Of a DNA stretch of 64,000 nucleotides, positions 1-7,401 are shown in pieces. Numbering within the stretch: the stretch's first letter is position 1; every line of letters starts with the position of its first letter. The DNA is taken from the NCBI GenBank assembly GCA_963710715.1, contig CAVQBL010000015.1:157603-221602 (forward strand), read 5' to 3'. The translations under genes and the position numbers were made by a program. Below the pieces are notes generated by a model. That model was given only the letters and a program-made list of their open reading frames with translations, did no database searches and was not told the origin of the DNA. This DNA comes from an uncultured Gammaproteobacteria bacterium. Lineage in GTDB: Bacteria > Pseudomonadota > Gammaproteobacteria > DSM-16500.

Positions 1-1280
1 TTATCACGAGCACTTCGCAAAAGCTCACGAGCCAATATTTTATCCAGATAACGACGGTTAAATAATCCAGTTAACGGATCGTGAATTGCTTGCTCCGCCA
101 ATACTTCGTGTAACTTAATATTTGCTAAAGATAATTTAACAACCTCACTAAAAGCTGTTATCACTTGTTTCTGATCTTCTGTCATAAAATCATTTACTGT
201 CGAATTTAAAAATAAAATTCCTATCATTTCATTTTGCATAATGAGTGGAGAACACAAATATTCTCCTGTCGGTAACGAAAGAAAATGCTTACAACAAATA
301 GTATCTTGAACATTTTTAACAACATAAATATGTCCGCCACGCAACGCCCAGCACTCGTCCGGCAAAAATAATGGTTTTAACAACTTTGAGTTTCCCCATT
401 GAGCAACTGTGTTTAAACCTTCAGTTACTTTATCATAAATTGCCAGCGCGCCGTTGAAGCTTCCAAATAACTTTTCTCCTGTTATTTCAATAATAGAATA
501 AGCTTCTTCCGATTTTCTTGCTGTTTGCAACATTTCATTCATTTGATTAATGAGAAGTAACTCATTTTCATGCTTTTGCATTTTAGTCAGTGTTAATGAC
601 ATTTTTTGATTAACATTCGATAAATTTTCAACTAACTGTAGGTTGGCATATTTTAATTGTAATACTCGATTAATCAGAGCATTTCCGCGCTGAGAGATGA
701 CTATCATAAAAATTACATACAACAGCATAGCCAAACTCAAAATAAAATAGCCAACGTTACTTTGTATAAAAAGCCAAATACATACTGGAAAAACCACAGC
801 TGCTAAAAACAGAAAGCTTGCCCATAAATTGGCTTGCAAGGTTTGAATACCACCCGCAGTAATACCTGAAAGCATGACAATAACAATCATTTGCGCCACA
901 CTTGTAGCTGGCATAAGAAATGAACCCAACATGCCCCAAAGCATAGCAGATATCGTGGAACCCATTATAAATAAATAGACATATATCTTGTCGTACTGGT
1001 TTTTATTGTAAAAAAAAGCAACTATACCAAATCGATAAATCGATATTACTATCACTGCGCTATACCAATACCATATCCATTGCACAGGAGAATGAGCTAG
1101 ACGTGCTGCATTATATAATCCAACTATAACAAGTGTTGCACATGTTAAATTAGTAACAACACCCAAGAACGAATCACGCTGCAAGATTTTAATCTTGTCG
1201 ATATTTATTTTTTCTTGCGCTTCTTTATTATTATTATTTAGAGTGGATTCGATATCAATTTTTTGGTTTTCTTCAGACAT
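1..1280 (-). CDS. Membrane-anchored sensor (GAF-like) / GGDEF diguanylate cyclase, C-terminus cut by window edge
   Basis: Minus-strand open frame from ATG 1280 (MSEENQKIDIES...), 426 codons, runs off the window edge, so it is absent from the ORF track. N-terminal part is strongly hydrophobic (multi-TM). Last residues ...AIHDPLTGLFNRRYLDKILARELLRSARD are the canonical opening of a GGDEF domain. Confidence 0.8.
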   Translation of the reverse strand, partial: MSEENQKIDIESTLNNNNKEAQEKINIDKIKILQRDSFLGVVTNLTCATLVIVGLYNAARLAHSPVQWIWYWYSAVIVISIYRFGIVAFFYNKNQYDKIYVYLFIMGSTISAMLWGMLGSFLMPATSVAQMIVIVMLSGITAGGIQTLQANLWASFLFLAAVVFPVCIWLFIQSNVGYFILSLAMLLYVIFMIVISQRGNALINRVLQLKYANLQLVENLSNVNQKMSLTLTKMQKHENELLLINQMNEMLQTARKSEEAYSIIEITGEKLFGSFNGALAIYDKVTEGLNTVAQWGNSKLLKPLFLPDECWALRGGHIYVVKNVQDTICCKHFLSLPTGEYLCSPLIMQNEMIGILFLNSTVNDFMTEDQKQVITAFSEVVKLSLANIKLHEVLAEQAIHDPLTGLFNRRYLDKILARELLRSARD

Positions 1281-1282
1281 GC

Positions 1283-1624
1283 TCAATTTGAATCCTTACC
1301 ACTTTCCAAGTGGATTTTACGAAAAAATCGATGAATAACCGGTGCAAAAATCACAGCTATAATAACTATGAATGCCAAGCCACTAAACAGTGCATACATT
1401 CCAGCAAATAACTTTCCTGCAAACGTATTAAGCTGCCCCAATGGCCCCATACCCGATAAAATCATAGCTGCATTCACAAAAGCATCAATCCAAGACATAT
1501 GCTCGGATAAATGATACCCAAGCATGCCAATGAATAATGCGATTGCGATAAACAGAAGTCCAAAAATGATGTTACGTGCTAAATGAGCAATAAATCTTCG
1601 CGTAGGTGCTAATTTTTTTTCCAT
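1283..1624 (-). CDS. Small 2-TM pore-loop (K+-channel-like) membrane protein with non-canonical filter
   Basis: 113 aa. Layout is TM1 IIFGLLFIAIALFIGMLGY, pore-helix-like SWIDAFVNAAMIL, SGMGP where channels have TVGYG, then TM2 LFAGMYALFSGLAFIVIIAVIF. Stop lies 2 nt before the ATG of the downstream GGDEF gene. Confidence 0.45.
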   Translation of the reverse strand: MEKKLAPTRRFIAHLARNIIFGLLFIAIALFIGMLGYHLSEHMSWIDAFVNAAMILSGMGPLGQLNTFAGKLFAGMYALFSGLAFIVIIAVIFAPVIHRFFRKIHLESGKDSN

Positions 1625-1749
1625 TGCGGCTTCCTTAAGAAAAACGCTTCCTTACAATCAATATATGTCGAAATAGATGTTGAGGCAATATAGTTACCAA
1701 AAAACCATTGAAGTTAATAATTTTACTTGCTTTAATACGCCTTCAAGCC

Positions 1750-1826
1750 GCGCCCGTAGCTCAGCTGGATAGAGTACTTGGCTTCGAACCAAGTGGTCGG
1801 GAGTTCGAATCTCTCCGGGCGCGCCA
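1750..1826 (+). tRNA. tRNA-Arg (anticodon UCG)
   Basis: 77-nt cloverleaf. Acceptor gcgcccg/cgggcgc, D-arm gctcagctggatagagt, anticodon stem cttgg/ccaag with loop CT-TCG-AA, T-loop ttcgaat, encoded CCA. Close to the E. coli tRNA-Arg scaffold. Confidence 0.92.
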
Positions 1827-1901
1827 GTTAATCAAGGGGTGTATACCGGATACATAGGGGGCGCATTCTATGCCCCCGAAAGTTTTCGATCTCTGCACGC
1901 T

Positions 1902-2111
1902 TCAATGCTTTATGCCATGCTTTTGTATTGCATTCCTTTTATAGGGTTGGCCACGGTATGTAAAAACAAATTGATGATGCTTGCCGATTTGCTTACGTAA
2001 AATAGCTATGGCATCTACATTTAAAGGGACAGGGATCGCTTTTTTGGCTTTTGCCTGACCAGCGTGAATAAAGGCGTGTTGCTTAATTAAATCCACATCA
2101 CACCATCGCAA
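1902..2111 (-). pseudogene. Tyrosine recombinase (phage-type integrase) internal fragment
   Basis: 69-aa ORF (L)RWCDVDL...KAKKAIPVPLNVDAIAILRKQIGKHHQFVFTYRGQP matches the central block of P4-type integrases. No N- or C-terminal parts in frame. Confidence 0.6.
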
Positions 2112-2120
2112 GCCTGTGAC

Positions 2121-2282
2121 ATTGAATTGCCAGATGGGATTTTATCAATAACAGAAATTATTTTTGATATTCATTTTTTACGTCACAGCACAGTTACTAA
2201 TTTGGCTACCTCCGTCGATTTTAAAAAATCAGCCCAATTTGGTAATGCCATAGGGTATACTTTGCATTTTTCAAAAACCTAA
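2121..2282 (+). pseudogene. Tyrosine recombinase C-terminal fragment (opposite strand to the other fragment)
   Basis: Hand translation IELPDGILSITEIIFDIHFLRHSTVTNLATSVDFKKSAQFGNAIGYTLHFSKT*. It resembles the HxLRHT ... LGH..(T)..Y.H catalytic tail of integrases. No start codon. Confidence 0.45.
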
Positions 2283-2352
2283 TCTGACAACTGTGGCAAA
2301 AGAACAGCTCATAGTTGACAAAACATAGGCTTTACACTTATTTTTAAGAATT

Positions 2353-2964
2353 TTATTTGCATGATCTGATACCTGATGGAGGATGCTTTGCTGCTAAAGA
2401 ACTCAATAAATATTGAGATGCTGTTTTCCCATGCCAGTCAACTACATCTTCTTTAGCACCATATTTAACTAATAAATCATAGATCGAACGATCTCCATGA
2501 ACAGCTACTTTCTTTGCTGCATAATGAATCGCAGCACATTGCTCATCGCCTTTCTGCTCATTAATATCAAATTTGAGCTTATCTTTAAATTGAAGCAACG
2601 CTTCGATTAATGGAAATACTCTATGAACATTTTCAAAGTTACAAATTCTACGTAATGCTTGCGTATAATTGCATTCTTTAATAGGTTTTTCAAATGCAGC
2701 AAGTTCAGCACGTTTAACATCCTGATTGAGCACTGCATCAATTTTTTGATGTAATAAAGTATGCGCATCCTCAGTAGCAGTAACAGGGGAGTTAAAATGT
2801 GGTGAACGAGCAAAAGATACCGTGGTACTAGATCCTTTTTCATCTGATCCTTCCCGTTGTAAATTAGAAATACGCTGAGAGTTAAGAATTAGATCACCCT
2901 CAGAAGAAGTAGTTATTAATCCTAGTTTCTCACAAACATATACGCACGAGCTTTTTTTCTTCAT
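2353..2964 (-). CDS. Ankyrin-repeat protein; probably the 3' part of the upstream U-box/ankyrin gene
   Basis: 203 aa. C-terminal ANK motif (AAIHYAAKKVAVHGDRSIYDLLVKYGAKEDVVDWHGKTASQYL). No Shine-Dalgarno before its ATG. It overlaps the upstream ORF by 35 nt in the +1 frame at an A7 tract. Confidence 0.55.
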   Translation of the reverse strand: MKKKSSCVYVCEKLGLITTSSEGDLILNSQRISNLQREGSDEKGSSTTVSFARSPHFNSPVTATEDAHTLLHQKIDAVLNQDVKRAELAAFEKPIKECNYTQALRRICNFENVHRVFPLIEALLQFKDKLKFDINEQKGDEQCAAIHYAAKKVAVHGDRSIYDLLVKYGAKEDVVDWHGKTASQYLLSSLAAKHPPSGIRSCK

Positions 2965-3901
2965 TTGAAAACGTTTTGATTATATCAAATACTGTAATAC
3001 CTTGAGCATCTTCAATATTTATTTTGGCTCCACTATAAATTAATTTAAGTGCAGCAACACTGAATTGTTTATTTCTTAAAATCAAGTGCAAAGAAGTGTG
3101 CTTTTTTGTTGGGTCTTGAGCATTTACGTTAACACCAAACCTAAACAAGATCGAAAGGTCATCACTAAAAGTAATGGCATTGCAAGATTCGGATAATTTC
3201 AGCAAAGCTAGATTAAGAGTTGCTTTATCCTCTGAATACTGAAGACCACATTTTGATAATATTTTACGAAGTGTATCGTGCTCGAATGAATCAATTGCTG
3301 ACTTAACAAAATTATCGATTTTTAATTTTAATTCGTAGTTAACTTTTAAAAATTCCTTTAAAAAAGGCAATTTAGTATGAGGCATCAATTGAGGATATGA
3401 CTTGTCTAACCAATATTTCAAGAAACTATAATCGTACACTACCGTTGGACTTCTAATATCATAGACTGGATGATCAATAATATCGCCGCTCAATGGGCAA
3501 CAGAATTCTTCAGGAATGTTTAATTCCTTTATACGTGAAACTTCTTTGGCATTTTTTGATTTAATTGGTTTAAATCTACTATGATGGAAAAGCCCTTCTC
3601 CAAGCAATCGCTGTTCACACTTACCGCATGTTTTTAAACAAAATAAATCACTAGCTTCTTCCAATCGTTCAAAAATAACTGAAGCAAGCATATTCGAAGA
3701 CTCTTCATCGACTACAGTAATACCTCGAATTTTTAATTTAAAAAGCGTCACATTATTATCATGATCAGTATTAACGACAATCTCAGCACCCTGGTTAATA
3801 AGATAAGGCATTCCTAGTATAACACTAGGAAAATCCTTAACCTCTTGTGAGTCTGCTTTGATATCTTTCTTTTTAGGCGTAAACTCTAAATTCAATGGCA
3901 T
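2930..3901 (-). CDS. U-box E3 ubiquitin-ligase-like protein with C-terminal ankyrin repeats (eukaryote-like effector candidate)
   Basis: 323 aa. IPEEFCCPLSGDIIDHPVYDIRSPTVVYDYSFLKYWLDKSYPQLMPHTKLPFLKEFLKVNYELKLKIDNFV fits the U-box consensus (IPxxFxCPIsxexMxDPV...tYdrxxIxxWL...cPxT...L.pNxxLKxxI). C-terminal TSLHLILRNKQFSVAALKLIYSGAKINIEDAQGITVFDII is ANK-like. Confidence 0.7.
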   Translation of the reverse strand: MPLNLEFTPKKKDIKADSQEVKDFPSVILGMPYLINQGAEIVVNTDHDNNVTLFKLKIRGITVVDEESSNMLASVIFERLEEASDLFCLKTCGKCEQRLLGEGLFHHSRFKPIKSKNAKEVSRIKELNIPEEFCCPLSGDIIDHPVYDIRSPTVVYDYSFLKYWLDKSYPQLMPHTKLPFLKEFLKVNYELKLKIDNFVKSAIDSFEHDTLRKILSKCGLQYSEDKATLNLALLKLSESCNAITFSDDLSILFRFGVNVNAQDPTKKHTSLHLILRNKQFSVAALKLIYSGAKINIEDAQGITVFDIIKTFSNEEKKLVRICL

Positions 3902-3927
3902 TTTACTTTCTCCTCTTTTTTGCGTTT

Positions 3928-3993
3928 ATGGTGGGCACGGCTAAAGAGCAGCCTTTGCCCACCCTACACAAAGAAGCAATGTGTGCCCACCAT
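3928..3993. repeat. Small palindromic REP-like element (family C: GGTGGGCA / TGCCCACC arms, ...CCACCATTTTTA tail)
   Basis: atggtgggcac (3928-3938) pairs with gtgcccaccat (3983-3993), with an internal tgcccaccctaca. A related copy (gtagggtggcaaag ... gtgtccaccattttta) lies at 18279-18331. Confidence 0.35.
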
Positions 3994-4230
3994 TTTTAAA
4001 ATGGCCAAAGTACAGTTAAAGTGACAGAATTTTAACCTAAACGCAACTTAGTTTCTATTTTCTTATCAAAATATGATCAATTAAAAAATCAATGGGGTCA
4101 AGTACAAAAAACAAAAGGCACCCATCCAGGTACCTTTTGAGTAGATCTCGTGTAAAAGCATCACGTCATAACGTTCATATTGCGTAAGCTAAAATGTGGA
4201 GTGGGTTATGCTACGCAATATCCACGTTAA

Positions 4231-4308
4231 TTAGCGCGAACTTCTTTTTTTATGGGTTTTCTTTGAGCCACGTTTTTTGCCAACACTGGATTTTCTCTTA
4301 ACTGCCAT
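4231..4308 (-). CDS. Candidate 25-aa hyper-basic small ORF
   Basis: Hand translation MAVKRKSSVGKKRGSKKTHKKRSSR*. GGAGGA lies 8 nt upstream of the ATG. Below the ORF-track size cut-off. No homology recognised. Confidence 0.2.
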   Translation of the reverse strand: MAVKRKSSVGKKRGSKKTHKKRSSR

Positions 4309-4398
4309 TGCTGCGATCCTCCAATAAGTAAACGATAACTAGCTACCAAGCTAAGTATAGCAAAAAATGTGTCCTATGTTTTATTGGTGGTTTTACTA

Positions 4399-4555
4399 GG
4401 GTCTGTTTACATTTCGCTATGCCGAGTCAGAAAGCATCTATTTTCGAGAACCGCAGCGCAGCATATGTTGGTAATATGTAGGCAGCGGGTCGCAGGAAAA
4501 TTGATATTTTCTGGCGATGCTTTATGACCGGCAGAGTAGAAATGTAAACAGACCC
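4399..4555. mobile_element. MITE family B copy 1 (TIR GGGTCTGTTTACATTTC, TA target-site duplication)
   Basis: 157-bp element with terminal inverted repeats gggtctgtttacatttc ... gaaatgtaaacagaccc, flanked by TA/TA (4397-98, 4556-57). Homologous copies lie at 9851-9993 and 31122-31272. No coding capacity. Confidence 0.75.
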
Positions 4556-5685
4556 TATAACGTCTGCCGATAGCGCTTTATGCAGAGCAACAAAACGACA
4601 ACCAAAAAGATTAAAATAGCTTCGATACTAGACAAAATTTCGTAAAATCCATTCCCTTTCAATAAAATCCCACGGACTATAGTGATGAAATGCGTCAGTG
4701 GCAACGAATTACCTATGATTTGAGCCCATTCAGGCATACCTCGAAATGGAAACATAAAACCAGAAAGAAAGATGGACGGCACAAAAAAGAAAAAAGAAAG
4801 CTGCATCGCTTGCAGTTGGTTTTCGGAAACTGTAGAAAACATGAGCCCCACCGCAAGATTTGCGGCAATAAAAGGTAAACACGCAAATAGCAACAAAAAC
4901 ACGCTTCCTTGTATAGGCACAGAAAACAAATAATACGAGAGAAGGAGAATGATGAACACTTGAATATAACCGACGAGAACATAAGGAACCAATTTACCTA
5001 ATATAACTTCTGCTGGCTTCGTCGGCATTGCCAACAAACTTTCCATCGTGCCACGCTCTCTTTCCTTAGTAATTGCAAGCGCCGTGATCACAACCAGTGT
5101 CATGGTTAAAACCACCCCCACCATGCCCGGAATGATGTTATATTGTGTCATGCGACCTGGATTATATTTAGCTTGCACCACTAAATTAACGGGAGGACCT
5201 TGGTTACGCAAATAAGCTAAGCTACCTGAATACTGGTTATAAAGAGAAGCATTTAATAATTGAATAGCTTCGAGTGCATTTCCAGTTGTCGATGGATCGG
5301 TTGCATCTGCTTCAACCAAAATTTCTGGTTTAGTGTTATGTACTAATCGCTCGGAGAAATTTTGCGGGATATAAACAATAAATTGAATCTTACCTTCCGC
5401 TAAAAGCTGTTCCGCATCTTTGGCTTTTTTAACTTCGGGTAAAATCTTAAAATAAGTTGTATTTTGTAAAGCAGCGGTAAAATTACGCGTAAAAACACTT
5501 TCATCAGCAGAAATAACTGCTGTAGGTAAATTCTTAGGATCCGTGTTAATAGCATAACCAAATATAATAAGTTGTATTAAAGGCAATCCAATCATCATCG
5601 CAAAAGTAGCACGATCACGTATCATTTGCGTAAATTCTTTCGAAATCATCCCGATTAAACGTTGCCATGAGAAGAAACGATTCAT
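4555..5685 (-). CDS. ABC-2 type transporter permease (YhhJ/YbhR-like)
   Basis: 376 aa. N-terminal TM, large extracytoplasmic loop, then 5 C-terminal TMs. Start overlaps the upstream ATPase stop by 4 nt. Confidence 0.8.
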   Translation of the reverse strand: MNRFFSWQRLIGMISKEFTQMIRDRATFAMMIGLPLIQLIIFGYAINTDPKNLPTAVISADESVFTRNFTAALQNTTYFKILPEVKKAKDAEQLLAEGKIQFIVYIPQNFSERLVHNTKPEILVEADATDPSTTGNALEAIQLLNASLYNQYSGSLAYLRNQGPPVNLVVQAKYNPGRMTQYNIIPGMVGVVLTMTLVVITALAITKERERGTMESLLAMPTKPAEVILGKLVPYVLVGYIQVFIILLLSYYLFSVPIQGSVFLLLFACLPFIAANLAVGLMFSTVSENQLQAMQLSFFFFVPSIFLSGFMFPFRGMPEWAQIIGNSLPLTHFITIVRGILLKGNGFYEILSSIEAILIFLVVVLLLCIKRYRQTL

Positions 5686-6605
5686 AGCCTATCCTCAGTG
5701 TTTCCAACTAAGTTAATAAAAACTTCTTCCAAACTTGGCGTAATTTTGCGCCATTCTTGACCGGGTTGTTGTTGCGCTTGAATGGTTTGGATAAGTTGCT
5801 TTTCATCTTTTCCACTCACATGCAAACGCGGACCAAAAAAGGCGACTTGTTCTACACCGGGAAGACTTTTTAATCGCTCTGCCAATTCCATTAATCTTTC
5901 TCCATCGATCACCCAAGTATGAAGTTTTGAATATGCTATAATTTCATCCATCGTTCCTGTTGCTAATAAATTACCATAAGAAATATAAGCAAGCTTGGTG
6001 CAACGCTCCGCTTCATCCATATAGTGAGTACTCACTAAAGTGGTAATACCTCGCAAAGATAACTTGTGAATTTCATCCCAAAATTCGCGGCGTGCTTTAG
6101 GATCCACACCTGCCGTAGGTTCATCCAGTAATAATAATTTTGGATCATGTAATAAGCAGCCAGCAAGAGCAAGACGCTGCTTCCAACCACCCGATAAACT
6201 GCCAGTGAGCTGATTTTTATATCGTTCTAAATTAAAGGTTTTAATACAGTCTAAAATTTTTTGTTTCCGATTTTTAATTTGAAACATGCGGCCGATAAAA
6301 TCTAAATTTTCAATCGCAGTCAAATCATGATAAAGACTAAAACTTTGCGTCATGTAACCGACTTCTTTTTTGATCGAGTAGGACTGCGTCAAAATATCAT
6401 AACCCAAGCAATGGCCCTCACCCGAATCTGGGATTAATAAACCACAAAGCATTCGCAATGTAGTTGTTTTACCACTGCCATTAGGACCTAAAAACCCATA
6501 CACTTCACCCTGTCGAACTTGTAAGCGCAGATTAATCACTGCCGGTTTGCCATTAAAGCTTTTATTGAGATTATTAACATCGATAACCAGAGAATGATTA
6601 GTCAT
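5682..6605 (-). CDS. ABC transporter ATP-binding protein
   Basis: 307 aa. Walker A GPNGSGKTT, signature LSGGWKQRL, Walker B LLLLDEPTAGVD. Confidence 0.9.
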   Translation of the reverse strand: MTNHSLVIDVNNLNKSFNGKPAVINLRLQVRQGEVYGFLGPNGSGKTTTLRMLCGLLIPDSGEGHCLGYDILTQSYSIKKEVGYMTQSFSLYHDLTAIENLDFIGRMFQIKNRKQKILDCIKTFNLERYKNQLTGSLSGGWKQRLALAGCLLHDPKLLLLDEPTAGVDPKARREFWDEIHKLSLRGITTLVSTHYMDEAERCTKLAYISYGNLLATGTMDEIIAYSKLHTWVIDGERLMELAERLKSLPGVEQVAFFGPRLHVSGKDEKQLIQTIQAQQQPGQEWRKITPSLEEVFINLVGNTEDRL

Positions 6606-7401
6606 GAAGAATAATATCCACCGGTTGTCCTGGATGAAACTGAGTAATCATATCGGCTGGAATATCAGCACGCACGAGGTATACCAATTTATAACGTGTA
6701 CCCTGACTATAAATAATCGGCGGCGTGTATTCTGCTTCTGATGAAATATAACTGATTTTTGCTGCTATTTTTTGTTTATTACAACCGTCACAACTAAAAT
6801 AAATTGTTTGTCCTAGATGAATGGTACTGAGCTGACCCTCTGGAATATAAAATAATACTTTAATATTTTCAGGAGCAAGTAAAGCAAGTACAGGTTGATT
6901 GGCTGGAACTTTTTCACCCACACGGAAAAAAGTATCGTTAACATAACCCGATATAGGCGCCGCTACCGTTTTTTGCTCATAAGCCCACTGCATTTGAATG
7001 ACATTTTGTTCCATTGTTTGTAATTGTTTTATATAACTATCGTAATCCGTTTGGGCTTGATCCATTACAGATTTCGGAGTGTCATTGTGTGCATAAAGAG
7101 TTTTTTGTCGAGCTAATTGGATTTTTGCAAAATCAACCTCCGCTTGCATTTGCCCAACTTTAGCCTTGGCAGATTCCATCGCGGCTTCATCTGGCTGTGG
7201 ATCCAGAGTAAAGAGTAAATCATCTTTTTTGACTGTTTGGCCGCGTTTAACATTTAAGGTAAGCAAAGTACCAGAAACACCACTGCTAATATAAGTGTAT
7301 TCTCCTTCAATATAACCAGACAGTGCATTGTTATCCTGCGAGCAAGCAGTCATGCTTAGAAAAAACAACATCGTGATCAATAAATAAAGTTTTTTAGTCA
7401 C
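6598..7401 (-). CDS. HlyD-family membrane-fusion lipoprotein of the ABC-2 efflux module
   Basis: 267 aa. Lipobox LSMTAC, coiled-coil middle, beta-barrel ends typical of YbhG/HlyD_D23 proteins. Overlaps both neighbours by 8 nt. Confidence 0.75.
   Translation of the reverse strand: MTKKLYLLITMLFFLSMTACSQDNNALSGYIEGEYTYISSGVSGTLLTLNVKRGQTVKKDDLLFTLDPQPDEAAMESAKAKVGQMQAEVDFAKIQLARQKTLYAHNDTPKSVMDQAQTDYDSYIKQLQTMEQNVIQMQWAYEQKTVAAPISGYVNDTFFRVGEKVPANQPVLALLAPENIKVLFYIPEGQLSTIHLGQTIYFSCDGCNKQKIAAKISYISSEAEYTPPIIYSQGTRYKLVYLVRADIPADMITQFHPGQPVDIILHD

Noticed and set aside
4690-4982. Short ORFs on both strands inside the ABC-2 permease gene
   Set aside because: Embedded in a well-supported longer CDS, with Lys/Arg-rich nonsense composition typical of off-frame AT-rich translation.
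7394-7401. 8-nt overlap coupling recJ to the HlyD/ABC-2 efflux operon
   Set aside because: Tight packing is common in compact genomes, and there is no functional link evident from the sequence.
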